This document shows, in pieces, positions 8,368 through 17,832 of a DNA stretch of 41,882 nucleotides. The notes under the pieces were generated by a model. It searched no databases. It saw only the letters and a program-made list of their open reading frames with translations, and was not told the DNA's origin. Source of the stretch: a virus (taxonomy: Duplodnaviria > Caudoviricetes); the IMG/VR virus record IMGVR_UViG_3300021411_000014, positions 1 through 41,882 of that record, one strand, 5' to 3'. The stretch's first letter is position 1. Each line of letters opens with the position of its first letter. Made by a program: the position numbers and the translations under genes.

Positions 8368-8657
8368 GCGATCAGCCAGAGATCCACACCATCAATCTCG
8401 CCAGGCTGGTCAGCGTCGAAGCCGTCCGGGATTCGGCAAACGGCGTCCTGGAAGAACTTGCGGCGGACCTGGTGAACATGGCGCTCACCAAATGCCGCAT
8501 CGACGGCCTGAGACTCACGGACTTCAAGATCAGCTATCGGCCGCACTCGACCACGCTGGAAGACGCGATGTACCGCAGTCCGGCCGCCTTAGTCGATCAG
8601 TACGACCTGGCCATAACGGTCCATGCCGTCGCGCTTGCATCGGAGCGATCTTTGTAG
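8364..8657 (+). CDS. Hypothetical protein
   Basis: ATGA overlap; ends before a terminator. Confidence 0.65.
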   Translation: MSDQPEIHTINLARLVSVEAVRDSANGVLEELAADLVNMALTKCRIDGLRLTDFKISYRPHSTTLEDAMYRSPAALVDQYDLAITVHAVALASERSL

Positions 8658-8683
8658 CACCCTGTTTCCAGGTAGTACAGCTG

Positions 8684-8712
8684 TGCCCCGATCCGAAAGG
8701 ACGGGGCATTTT
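8684..8712 (+). terminator. Intrinsic terminator at the middle/late boundary
   Basis: TGCCCCG-A-TCC-GAAA-GGA-CGGGGCA followed by TTTT. Confidence 0.7.
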
Positions 8713-8755
8713 GCGTTCCCGGACGACGGCGCGCGGCACTCGAAGAGGAGGCAGC

Positions 8756-9226
8756 GTGTCCCTGCAAGACCGATTCACAGCCATCGAGGTCGAGATCCGC
8801 CGGCACCGCTACAAGTGCTGGTCCCACATGGGAGAGCTCGAACACGAGATCCGCCGCCTCAAGGCCGAGCTCGCCGAGTGCGAAGAAGACCGGCCGCACC
8901 TCATCCCCGCATCAGCGAAGATCACCGCATACCTGAAGGGCAGCACAGTGGCTGACACGACTTTCCCGAGCGGCTCGACGATCAACCTCGTCGGCACCGT
9001 CGACAACGGCGCCGGCGCCGCGATCCCCAACGCGGTCACCTGGACCGCGGATCAGGGCACGATCACGCAGGACCCGGCCAACGCCGAGCTCGCCACGCTC
9101 GTCAACGTGCCGGATGGCGACGTCACCGTCGCGATGACGACGACCAACGGCATCGTGGCCCAGCACACCTACACCCTGGCCGACCTCACGCCGGCCTCGG
9201 CAGACTTCACCGCATCGGCGGCCTGA
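8756..9226 (+). CDS. Protein with N-terminal coiled coil and C-terminal Ig-like beta domain
   Basis: RBS GAGGAGG; Thr/Val/Gly-rich beta pattern (VTWTAD.GTI...ATLV...GDVTV). Confidence 0.7.
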   Translation: MSLQDRFTAIEVEIRRHRYKCWSHMGELEHEIRRLKAELAECEEDRPHLIPASAKITAYLKGSTVADTTFPSGSTINLVGTVDNGAGAAIPNAVTWTADQGTITQDPANAELATLVNVPDGDVTVAMTTTNGIVAQHTYTLADLTPASADFTASAA

Positions 9227-9228
9227 TC

Positions 9229-9450
9229 ATGGCCGCAGTGACAGCCAAGGTGAAGTGCAGCGCGAAGGGTGCCGGCTACAGCGATACCGTGGGAGTGGAG
9301 TTCCTTCCCGACTATCAAGACGGTCGCAACGCCGAATGGGCCGAGGCCACGCCGAGTCTGTCGTTCAAGATGAACGTCAAGAGCGCAGTCGCTGAGCACT
9401 TCGAAGTCGGCGGCAAGTACACCGTGACATTCGAACCCACCACGGACTGA
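9229..9450 (+). CDS. Conserved phage hypothetical protein
   Basis: AKVKC...NAEWAEATPS...F..G.KYTVTF motif. Confidence 0.8.
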   Translation: MAAVTAKVKCSAKGAGYSDTVGVEFLPDYQDGRNAEWAEATPSLSFKMNVKSAVAEHFEVGGKYTVTFEPTTD

Positions 9451-9452
9451 CC

Positions 9453-9692
9453 ATGCAGACGCCGAGCATCGGACGCGATGTCCACTACACCAGCTACGGC
9501 ACACCGGGCGGCGAGTACCCCAGCGTGTGCCGGGCAGCGAAGATCACCGAGGTCGGCGAATACCCCGACGCCGTCGACTCGGTGGCGCTGTGCGTCATCA
9601 ACCCGACCGGCCTGTTCTTCAACACCGACGTCCGGCACGACGAGGACAAGGCGCCCGGCACCTGGCACTGGCCCGAACGCGTCGGACCCTGA
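9453..9692 (+). CDS. Conserved phage hypothetical protein
   Basis: PSIGRDVHY...RAAKITEV...NPTGLFF...WHWP motif. Confidence 0.8.
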   Translation: MQTPSIGRDVHYTSYGTPGGEYPSVCRAAKITEVGEYPDAVDSVALCVINPTGLFFNTDVRHDEDKAPGTWHWPERVGP

Positions 9693-9763
9693 ACACGACA
9701 GGGGGGTGGCATCGCCTGGGGTTGCATGACTCCAGGCCGAACTATCCGGGGTAGGTGATGGGG

Positions 9764-10165
9764 GTGCCTCGTTCACCGGCCGCATTCTGCTCGGGAAAGA
9801 ATCGCCGATGCACTGCCCGCGCGACGCACCGCGGCCTGTGCGACGCCTGCTACCTGGAGCGGCAGAGGGAGTACGACGAGGGCAGGCCGAGCGCAGCGGC
9901 CAGGGGATACGACCGGGAATGGCACGCCACCCGCGCTGCCTACCTGGAAGATCACCCCACCTGCGAGTGCGACGACTGCCTGAAGCTGCCGTTGTGGCAG
10001 CGCCCCGAGGCCACCGTGGTCGACCACATCGACGAGCTCGGTCCGCTCGGTCCGCGCGGTCACGATCCGACCAACCTCAGGTCGATGACCAAGCCGTGTC
10101 ACGACAAGCGGACCGCTCGCGATCAGCCCGGAGGCTGGAACCGCCGCCGGGGGCCGGCCGCCTGA
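9764..10165 (+). CDS. HNH endonuclease (packaging-associated)
   Basis: RGYDREW...HPTC...VVDHI...NLRSMTKPCHDKRT; lies directly upstream of terS; start could be 9755 or 9758. Confidence 0.88.
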   Translation: MPRSPAAFCSGKNRRCTARATHRGLCDACYLERQREYDEGRPSAAARGYDREWHATRAAYLEDHPTCECDDCLKLPLWQRPEATVVDHIDELGPLGPRGHDPTNLRSMTKPCHDKRTARDQPGGWNRRRGPAA

Positions 10166-10169
10166 GGGC

Positions 10170-10250
10170 GGGGGTGTCTGGAAATCTCTAGATCTTCACG
10201 TCGAAGACCGGCACGCGCAGTGACGCGCACATCGTCTCAAGCTGAAAAAT
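10170..10250. other. Putative cos/packaging-site region
   Basis: Non-coding gap between HNH and a P27-type terS with GGGGGTG..AAATCTCT..ACCG motifs seen at cos regions of HK97-like phages. Confidence 0.5.
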
Positions 10251-10276
10251 CCCGACTCCCGAGGCGGTACAAGATC

Positions 10277-10735
10277 ATGCCGTCCCCGAAACCGCTCCCA
10301 TCCCACCTGAAGCTGATCAACGGACGGGGCAACGGCAAGGACTCCGGAGGACGGGAGGTCAAGCCGACACCGGGCTTCATCCGGCTGCCGCCGATCGCGC
10401 CGGCCTGGCTGGACGGCGAGGCCCGCGCCATGTGGGACCAGGTCGTCGGCGAGCTGTCCCGGCTGGAACTGCTCAAGCCCATCGACGGCCCGGCGCTGGC
10501 CACCTACTGCCTGACCTGGGCCCGGCTCGTAGAGGCCCAAGACCTCATCAGCCGCAACGGGATCCTGCTGGAGACCGAGCGCGGGCCGATCAAGCACCCC
10601 GCCGTCCTGATCCTGGAGTCCGCCTCCAAGGAGTTGCGCGCCTGGGCTTCCGAGTTCGGGCTGACGCCGTCCGCCGAGGGCCGGCTCGGCGCGACGAAGA
10701 GCCCTGATGGCGAAGACGACAACCCCTTCGCCTGA
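10277..10735 (+). CDS. terS: Terminase small subunit, P27 family
   Basis: PKPLP..LKL..G, P.WL...A...W, HPAV, EFGLTPSA motifs. Confidence 0.92.
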   Translation: MPSPKPLPSHLKLINGRGNGKDSGGREVKPTPGFIRLPPIAPAWLDGEARAMWDQVVGELSRLELLKPIDGPALATYCLTWARLVEAQDLISRNGILLETERGPIKHPAVLILESASKELRAWASEFGLTPSAEGRLGATKSPDGEDDNPFA

Positions 10736-12443
10736 CCACTACGACCCGGCCGTCCTCCGCAGACTCAAGATCTCCCCCGAGGTCGGCTGGTACCTGTTCA
10801 GCCGCGGGATCCCGCTGCCGACCTGCGCGCCGAAGTTCAAGACCCCCGAGCCCCGCAAGCTGGCCGGCGCCCGCTTCGACCCCGACCGCGTCGACAAGGT
10901 CCTGAAGTCGTTCAAGCACCTGCGCCACACGCAGGGCCAGTGGGCGGGCCGGCCGCTGACGCCGGACCCGTGGCAGATCGCGTACATCATCGCCCCGGTC
11001 TACGGCTGGGTCCGCAAGAACGAGTACGGCCACTGGGCCCGCATCGCCCGCACCGAGTACGTCGAGCTCCCGCGGAAGAACGGCAAGACCACTTTGGCCG
11101 GCGGCCAGGCCTGCTACCTGACCTGCGCCGACGGCGAGAACGGCGCGCAGGTCATCGCCGCGGCCGCCGGCAAGGACCAGGCCCGGTTCTGCTTCGACCC
11201 GATCAAGACGATCGCGGAGAAGTCGCCGGCGCTGTCCCCGCACGTGAAGGTGATGCGCGACCGCATCACCCACCCGAAGTCCGGCTCCTACTTCACGGTC
11301 GTGTCGTCGCTGGCCGACCTGATCCACGGCGCGAACCTCCACGCCGGCGTGATCGACGAGCTCCACGTCCACAAGACCAAGGACCTCGTCGAAGCCATCG
11401 TCACCGGCACCGGCGCCCGCGAGCAGCCGCTGATCGTCATCATCACCACGGCGGATGACGGCAAGCCGCACACCGTCTACGCCACCTGGCGCCTGCTCAT
11501 CGAGCAGCTGGCCCGCGGCGCACTGAAGGACCCCTCGGTGTACGGCGTGATCTTCGCCGCCGACGAGAAGGATGATCCGCACGTCGAGTCGACGTGGATG
11601 AAGGCGAATCCCGGCTACGGCATCAGCCCGACCCGGGAGTTCATCGCCTCGGCCTCGAAGAAGGCGCAGAACTCCCCGGCGGACCTCGCGTCGTTCCTGC
11701 GCCTGCACCTGGGCATCAGGACGAAGCAGGTCACGCGCTTCATCACCCTGGCCGCCTGGGACCGCAACGCCGGCCCCGGCCGCATCGACGAGGCTGCGCT
11801 CGCCGGCCGTGAGGCTTTCGGCGGATTGGACCTCGCCTCGACGTCCGACGTCAACGCGCTCTCGTGGCTGTTCCCCGCCGGGGATGGCACGTTCGACGTG
11901 ATCTGGCGTCTGTGGATCCCCGAGGACACACTGCCGGACCTGGACCGTCGGACGGCCGGCTCGGCGACGGTGTGGGTTCGCGACGGCTGGCTGACCCTGA
12001 CCCCGGGCAACGTCACCGACTACGACTGGATCGAGGCCCAGATCCACAAGGACCTCGAGGCCTTCGACGTCCAGGACATCGCCTACGACCGCTGGAACTC
12101 ATCCCAGATGGTCAACAACCTGGTCGCCGAGGACGCGCCGATGAGCCCCATCGGCCAGGGCTACGCCTCCTTGTCCGCCCCGACCAAGGAACTGCAGCGG
12201 CTCCTGCTGCAGGGCAAGGCCACTGCGCCGGTCCTGCGTCACGGAGGCAATCCGGTTCTGCGCTGGATGATCGACAACCTCGCCGTCCAGACCGACGCCG
12301 CCGGCAACGTCAAGCCGGACAAGGCCAAGGGCGCCGACAAGATCGACGGCGTCGCATCCCTGGTCAACTCCCTGGAGCGCACCATGCGCACCGAGCAGCC
12401 CGGAGACAGCATCTACGACGAACGGGAGGTACTGGTCCTGTGA
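10707..12443 (+). CDS. terL: Terminase large subunit
   Basis: Walker A PRKNGKT, Walker B VIDELH, ITTA, GLDLAS nuclease motif, KIDG. Confidence 0.97.
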   Translation: MAKTTTPSPDHYDPAVLRRLKISPEVGWYLFSRGIPLPTCAPKFKTPEPRKLAGARFDPDRVDKVLKSFKHLRHTQGQWAGRPLTPDPWQIAYIIAPVYGWVRKNEYGHWARIARTEYVELPRKNGKTTLAGGQACYLTCADGENGAQVIAAAAGKDQARFCFDPIKTIAEKSPALSPHVKVMRDRITHPKSGSYFTVVSSLADLIHGANLHAGVIDELHVHKTKDLVEAIVTGTGAREQPLIVIITTADDGKPHTVYATWRLLIEQLARGALKDPSVYGVIFAADEKDDPHVESTWMKANPGYGISPTREFIASASKKAQNSPADLASFLRLHLGIRTKQVTRFITLAAWDRNAGPGRIDEAALAGREAFGGLDLASTSDVNALSWLFPAGDGTFDVIWRLWIPEDTLPDLDRRTAGSATVWVRDGWLTLTPGNVTDYDWIEAQIHKDLEAFDVQDIAYDRWNSSQMVNNLVAEDAPMSPIGQGYASLSAPTKELQRLLLQGKATAPVLRHGGNPVLRWMIDNLAVQTDAAGNVKPDKAKGADKIDGVASLVNSLERTMRTEQPGDSIYDEREVLVL

Positions 12444-12655
12444 GAAGCCTGATCCGCAGGGCCCTGCGAGACCGGTTCGTCGTGACCCTGATCACCGGCG
12501 AGGCCTGGGACGGCGTGCTCCTGGAGGCCGACGGCAGGCACTACGTCCTCGTCGACGCCGCACAGATCACCGCCGGCGGCGACCGCGTCAAGGCCGACGG
12601 CAAGATCTGGCTGCAGGCCGGCGACGTCGCCTACATGCAGCAGCCGGGGGCCTGA
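12440..12655 (+). CDS. Small Sm/LSm-like fold protein (putative RNA-binding)
   Basis: FVVTL.TGEAWDGVL...D...YVLVDA...DG.IWL....VAYMQ Sm1/Sm2-like pattern. Confidence 0.7.
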   Translation: MRSLIRRALRDRFVVTLITGEAWDGVLLEADGRHYVLVDAAQITAGGDRVKADGKIWLQAGDVAYMQQPGA

Positions 12656-14655
12656 TGTTCCTGTCCAACGGCGCCGCCGTCACCATCCCCGTCGGCACCC
12701 TGTCCGACACCACCCCGCTGTTCGCCGACGCCAACTACTACTCCCGCTCGACGATCGAGCTCACCGGCCAGTACGCCGCCTACGGCGCGATCTACCGCAA
12801 ACAGGTGTGGGTCCACACCCTGGTCCGCAAGCTCGCCCGGGCCACCGCACGGCTGTCCCTGGACCTGCGCGAATCCGCCGACCCGCAGGCGGGCCTGGAC
12901 ACCAGCTCCGACCTGTACCAGCTGCTGCAGAAGCCCAACGACCGGATGGACCCGTTCAAGCTGAAGCAGTGGACGTCCTCCACCTGGGACATCTACGGCG
13001 AGGCGTTCTGGCTCAAGCTGCGCGACCGAGACGGCCAGGTCCGCGAGCTACACCCGATGCACCCCACGAACGTCATCGTGCACCGTGACTACGCCGGCGA
13101 ACTCGGGGAACCCGGCGGCACCTGGTACATCTACACCTCCGGCGTCCGCACCGTCTCGATGCTGCCGCCGATCCCGGCCGCCGACGTCGTGCCGTTCCTG
13201 TACTACAACCCGGACAACACCGAACGCGGAATGTCGGTCCTGGAACCGCTGCGCGAGACGCTCCTGAACGAGGACGCCATCCGCCGCGCGAACGCATCGT
13301 TCTGGCGCAACGGCGCACGTCCCGCGATGGTCCTGAAAACCGCGAAGGTCCTCAAGCCCATCGCGGCCGAGCGGCTCAAGGCAGCCGTCGCCGCCGCGCA
13401 CGGCGGGGCCGACCGGACCGGCGGCACGCTGGTCCTGGAGGACGGCGTCGACGCCGACCAGATGCAGCTCAACAGCGAGGAGATGCAGTACATCGAGTCC
13501 CGGAAGCTGAACCGGGAAGAGGTCTGCGCAGCCCTGGACGTCCCGCCGCCGGTCGTTCACCTCCTCGACAAAGCGACTTTCTCCAACATCACCGAGCAGA
13601 TGCGCTCGATGTACCGGGACACGATGGCCCCGCGCCTGACCGACTACGAGTCCGTCATCGCCCACCACCTGGTCCCGGACTTCGGCGGCCGCCAGGTCCC
13701 GCGCTACAACCTCGACGACGTCCTCAGGGGCGACTTCGAGGCCCGCGCCGAGGCCGCGGTGAAGCTCGTCACCGGCGCCGTCATGAAGCCCGCCGAGGCC
13801 CGCCCCATGTTCAACCTCCCCCCGGCCGGACCGGACGCCGACAAGCTCTACGCCAACCAGGCCACCCAGCCGCTCGGCACCCCCGTGGCCGGATCCCTGC
13901 CGCCCGGCGGCGCCCCTGCCGCACTGCCGGCGGCAAGGCAGCCCCTGGCGATCGAGGGCCCGCGGCCGGACGCCGTCCGCGCCGAGCGGTCCATGATGGG
14001 TCGCCTCGGCGGCACCAAGGTCGCCTCGGCCGACCGGGCGCCGCTCATCGATGAGCACGCCCGCCAGCTGAAGAAGCTGTTCACCGCACAGCGCGACGAC
14101 GTCCTGGCCCGCCACGCCCGCAAGGACGCAGCCCCGTTCAACGCCCAGACCTGGGACCAGGCCCTCGCCGACCTCCTGGCCGGCCTGGCCACCGCCACCG
14201 CGAAGGTCCTGGGCACCCAGACCGCGTCCGCCCTCGGCGGCGCCTTCGACATCGCATCGATGGCGGAGTGGATCCACGACAACGCCATGACCTCCGCCCA
14301 GCGGATCAACACCACCACGCTGGACCAGCTCGCGGCCGCCCTGGAGGACGCCGACGATCCGGCCGCCTCGATCACGAACGTCTACGACGTCCTGACCGGA
14401 TCCCGCTCCGACCAGATCGCCGCGACCCGCGTGGCCTCGGTCGGCGGATTCGCACAGCGCACGGCGGCCGGCCAGTCCGGCGCCACCCACAAGACGTGGG
14501 TTACCGGATCCAACGCGAGGCCCGACCACGCAGGGATGGCCGGCGAGACCGTCCGGCTCGGCCAGGCCTTCAGCAACGGCATGGACGGCCCCGGCGACCC
14601 GTCCGGCGGCGCCGACGAAGTCGCCGGCTGCAACTGCTCGCTGACCTTCACCTGA
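12655..14655 (+). CDS. HK97-family portal protein fused to a MuF-like head morphogenesis domain
   Basis: LLQKPN, YGEAF, GMSVL, NGARP, FSNITEQ portal motifs; C-terminal KTWVT...RPDH..M.GE...F...PGDP...CNC. Confidence 0.92.
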   Translation: MFLSNGAAVTIPVGTLSDTTPLFADANYYSRSTIELTGQYAAYGAIYRKQVWVHTLVRKLARATARLSLDLRESADPQAGLDTSSDLYQLLQKPNDRMDPFKLKQWTSSTWDIYGEAFWLKLRDRDGQVRELHPMHPTNVIVHRDYAGELGEPGGTWYIYTSGVRTVSMLPPIPAADVVPFLYYNPDNTERGMSVLEPLRETLLNEDAIRRANASFWRNGARPAMVLKTAKVLKPIAAERLKAAVAAAHGGADRTGGTLVLEDGVDADQMQLNSEEMQYIESRKLNREEVCAALDVPPPVVHLLDKATFSNITEQMRSMYRDTMAPRLTDYESVIAHHLVPDFGGRQVPRYNLDDVLRGDFEARAEAAVKLVTGAVMKPAEARPMFNLPPAGPDADKLYANQATQPLGTPVAGSLPPGGAPAALPAARQPLAIEGPRPDAVRAERSMMGRLGGTKVASADRAPLIDEHARQLKKLFTAQRDDVLARHARKDAAPFNAQTWDQALADLLAGLATATAKVLGTQTASALGGAFDIASMAEWIHDNAMTSAQRINTTTLDQLAAALEDADDPAASITNVYDVLTGSRSDQIAATRVASVGGFAQRTAAGQSGATHKTWVTGSNARPDHAGMAGETVRLGQAFSNGMDGPGDPSGGADEVAGCNCSLTFT

Positions 14656-14663
14656 GGAGTCTC

Positions 14664-15602
14664 ATGAGGCCCACCGTCATCCGCAAGGACGCCATCGCCG
14701 CCATCGAGCCCGGCGAAGACGACGACACCGCCCCGAACGGCTCCTTCCACATCATCCTGTCGGACGCCACCAAGGACCGCGACGGCGAGAGCCTGCTGCC
14801 GGCCGAGTGGGAGACACCGCTGCCGGCGCGCATCACCATGGACGCCGACCACGGCATGTCCGTGGCCACCACCGTCGGATCCGGCATCCCGAAGATCGAG
14901 GACGACGGCAAGATGCACGTCCGCGGCACCTACTCCTCGATCCCCCGCGCGCAGGAAGTCCGGACCCTCGTCAAAGAGGGACACATCAACACCACCAGCG
15001 TGGCGTTCCTGCGCAAGACCGCCTCCGATGCCAAGGGTGCCAAGAAGGTCAGCCGCGAACTGCTCAACGGGGCATTCGTGGCCGTGCCGTCCAACCCGAA
15101 CGCACTGGTGCTGTCGAGCAAGACCGCCGGCGCGAAGGTCGGCGCCCGCAACTCCGCCGCCGACCACGCCAGCATCCAGGGCATCCACGACTACGCCTCG
15201 GCCCTCGGCGCGTACTGCGACAACGGCAAGTCCGCCGGCCGCAAGGACGCCGACACCGAATCCGACGACGACCCCGGCGCCCTCGCGCAGGGCGTCGACG
15301 CCGCCATCGACTCCGCGATCGACCTGCTCGCGCAGGTCGACGCCACCACACTTCCCGAGCCCGTGCAGCAGGCGATCGCGCTCATTCAGAGCGCGGACGC
15401 CACGGTCGACCAGCTGCTCGCAGTGCTCGGGGTAGCCGATCCGGACGAAGGCGATCAGACCGCCGGAGCCGACAGCGCCGCCGCCATGGCCGCGCGGTCC
15501 GCTTCCGCCGCCGAGCTCGCCGCCCTGCCCGATCGCATGAAGGCAACCCGTGCCCGCGCGCTCGCCGCGCTGGCCGTCGCTTACGGAAAGACAGGACACT
15601 GA
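14664..15602 (+). CDS. Prohead (capsid maturation) protease with scaffold-like C-terminal extension
   Basis: DRDGE, DH, SVAF, ELL..AFV.VPSNPNA motifs of HK97-type proteases; RBS GAGGAG. Confidence 0.88.
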   Translation: MRPTVIRKDAIAAIEPGEDDDTAPNGSFHIILSDATKDRDGESLLPAEWETPLPARITMDADHGMSVATTVGSGIPKIEDDGKMHVRGTYSSIPRAQEVRTLVKEGHINTTSVAFLRKTASDAKGAKKVSRELLNGAFVAVPSNPNALVLSSKTAGAKVGARNSAADHASIQGIHDYASALGAYCDNGKSAGRKDADTESDDDPGALAQGVDAAIDSAIDLLAQVDATTLPEPVQQAIALIQSADATVDQLLAVLGVADPDEGDQTAGADSAAAMAARSASAAELAALPDRMKATRARALAALAVAYGKTGH

Positions 15603-15603
15603 C

Positions 15604-16848
15604 ATGCCAACCCTTTTGGAGGCCCGCGAGAGCGTGAAGAAGCTCTCGCTGGACGCCCTCAAGATCGTTCAGTCCGAGAAGACCATGACGCCCTCGGAGC
15701 AGAAGGAAGCCCTGGACAAGCTCGAGCCGATGCTCGAGGAGGCCCAGAAGGAGGTCGCGAACCTCGAGTACGTGGAGGAGAAGCGCGCCAAGTACTTCGC
15801 CGCCAGCAACGGCGACCTGGCCGCCTCGGCCGAGGCCGAGGGCCGAGCGACCCTCAAGAGCCTCGGCGCGCAGTTCGTCGGCTCCGACGGCTACAAGAAG
15901 CTGCTCGGCCGCGGCCTCAAGGGCGGCCAGTGGAGCACCGGGGACATCGAGCTGAAGACGACCCTCGCCGAGGGCACCGTCGCCAGCCCGGGCCCCGGCT
16001 TCGCGCCGGTCGCCACCCCGACCGTGCTGCCCGGCATCGTGGACATCAAGTTCCAGCCGCTGGTCGTGGCAGACCTGATCCCGCAGGGCACCACCAACAG
16101 CGTCCTGATCCGGTACCTGGTGGAGACCGCGGTCACCAACGCCGCGGCCGCGACGGCTGAAGGCGCCGCCTACGGCGAGTCCGCGCTGACCTTCGACAAG
16201 GTCGACGAGACCCTGCACAAGATCGCCACGTTCCTGCCGATCACCGACGAGATGCTCGAGGACTTCGCGCAGACGCAGTCCTACGTCGACGCGCGCCTGC
16301 AGCTGTTCATCCGGCTGAAGGAACAGGCGCAGCTGCTCACCGGCGACGGCACCGGATCCAACCTGCTCGGCCTGCTCAACCGCACCGGCCTGGCCACCAC
16401 GATCCCGAAGGCCGGCCAGACCGGGCCGCCGCTGTTCCCGGCGTCGGACAACTCCATGGACGCGATCTACCGGCAGATCACGCAGATCCGCATCACCTCC
16501 TTCATGGAGCCCGACGCGACCGTCATGGACCCGCTGGCCTGGCAGAACATCCTCCTGGCCAAGAACAGCCAGGGCTTCTACTACGCCAACGGCCCGTTCG
16601 TGTCCGAGGCCGACTCGATGCTGTGGGGCAAGAGGGTCGTCCACACCCCGGCGATGGCCGCCAACGAGGCCCTCGTCGGCGCGTTCGCGCAGGCGGCGCA
16701 GATGTTCCGCAAGGGCGGCATCACGGTCGAGGCGTCCAACTCCCACGTGGACTACTTCGTCAAGGGCCTCGTCGCGATCCGCGCCGAAGAGCGCCTCGGC
16801 CTGGCCGTGTACCGGCCCGGCGCGTTCGGCCTCGTCACCGGCATCTAG
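15604..16848 (+). CDS. Major capsid protein, HK97 fold
   Basis: N-terminal coiled-coil delta domain; AEG, ITDEMLED, LLTGDG, LWG..V, IRAEERLG...RP.AF. Confidence 0.96.
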   Translation: MPTLLEARESVKKLSLDALKIVQSEKTMTPSEQKEALDKLEPMLEEAQKEVANLEYVEEKRAKYFAASNGDLAASAEAEGRATLKSLGAQFVGSDGYKKLLGRGLKGGQWSTGDIELKTTLAEGTVASPGPGFAPVATPTVLPGIVDIKFQPLVVADLIPQGTTNSVLIRYLVETAVTNAAAATAEGAAYGESALTFDKVDETLHKIATFLPITDEMLEDFAQTQSYVDARLQLFIRLKEQAQLLTGDGTGSNLLGLLNRTGLATTIPKAGQTGPPLFPASDNSMDAIYRQITQIRITSFMEPDATVMDPLAWQNILLAKNSQGFYYANGPFVSEADSMLWGKRVVHTPAMAANEALVGAFAQAAQMFRKGGITVEASNSHVDYFVKGLVAIRAEERLGLAVYRPGAFGLVTGI

Positions 16849-16850
16849 AC

Positions 16851-16906
16851 CGAAGGTGCGGCGGAAGACGCCACGATCCCTGGCGCCCCCACCCGCCGCA
16901 CCTTCG
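16851..16906 (+). terminator. Post-capsid stem-loop (attenuator or mRNA stabiliser)
   Basis: Perfect 14-bp inverted repeat CGAAGGTGCGGCGG/CCGCCGCACCTTCG with inner CGCCA/TGGCG stem. Confidence 0.65.
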
Positions 16907-16932
16907 CCCCACCCCACCGAAGGGACACCCCC

Positions 16933-17229
16933 ATGTCAGAGCACGACGCCGTCACACCGCTTCCCGGCGCGCCGGCCGACCCCGACGCCCCGGTCACGAC
17001 CGAGGCGCCCTGGCACAACGCGCCCGGCACCGGAGCCATCGCCGAGCCGCCGGTCGAAGAGATCGTCGCCTACGACAAGGCCAAGGACGGCACCCTCACG
17101 GCCAAGGTCGTCGAGCCGCCGGCACGCCCGACCCGCAAGTCCGGCCGCCAGGCCGAGGCCAAGGTCAAGGGCGCGTCCGCCGGCCCCGCCATCGTCGACG
17201 AGCTCGCCAAGCCGGCTGAGGACAGCTGA
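16933..17229 (+). CDS. Hypothetical head-region protein
   Basis: RBS GAAGGGA; position right after the capsid gene. Confidence 0.72.
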   Translation: MSEHDAVTPLPGAPADPDAPVTTEAPWHNAPGTGAIAEPPVEEIVAYDKAKDGTLTAKVVEPPARPTRKSGRQAEAKVKGASAGPAIVDELAKPAEDS

Positions 17230-17232
17230 CCG

Positions 17233-17817
17233 ATGGCCTACGCCACCCCGTCCGACCTCGCCAGCTTCCTGCAGGTCCCGTCGGTCGACACGGCGTCCGC
17301 CAACCTCTTCCTGCAGGGCGCCACCGACGCCATCGAAGCCGAGATCGGCCAGAGCCTGGGACAGCAGGACGTCGTCGACCTGCTGCTGGACGGGAACGGC
17401 TCCGCACAGCTGATCCTGCCCGGCTTCCCGGTCACCGCCGTCGCCTCCCTGGAGGTCCTGACCCGCGACCTGGCCTGGCAGCTGCTCGCCGAGGGCGCCG
17501 ACTACACCTGGTCGGACAGCGGCATCGTCACCCGCGTCTTCTCCGCCGCGGACCCTCAGGGGCCGATCGCGCCGGCGTGGCCCAACCGTCCGCAGTCGAT
17601 CCGCGGCTCCTACAGCCGCGGCGAGGGCACCGTCCCGTCCGCGGCCAAGACGGTGTGCCTGATGGTCGCCGCCCGCATGATGGTCAACCCGTCCGGCCTG
17701 CAGTCCGAGCGCATCGGCAACATGGACCTGCGCTACGGCGCCAAGGGCGGCACCCTCGAGCTCTCCCCGGCCGAACTGCGGATGGTCGGACGCCTCACAG
17801 ACATCGTCATCGCCTAG
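17233..17817 (+). CDS. Head-to-tail adaptor
   Basis: YATPSDLA..L, LPGFPV..V.S, NPSGLQSERIG motifs; synteny. Confidence 0.82.
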   Translation: MAYATPSDLASFLQVPSVDTASANLFLQGATDAIEAEIGQSLGQQDVVDLLLDGNGSAQLILPGFPVTAVASLEVLTRDLAWQLLAEGADYTWSDSGIVTRVFSAADPQGPIAPAWPNRPQSIRGSYSRGEGTVPSAAKTVCLMVAARMMVNPSGLQSERIGNMDLRYGAKGGTLELSPAELRMVGRLTDIVIA

Positions 17818-17832
17818 CCGAGGAGGTCCGCG

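Noticed and set aside
9705-9750. Hairpin before the HNH gene as an ncRNA or operator (loop TGCATG)
   Set aside because: A single short stem with only a 6-7 bp match to the operator core; insufficient support
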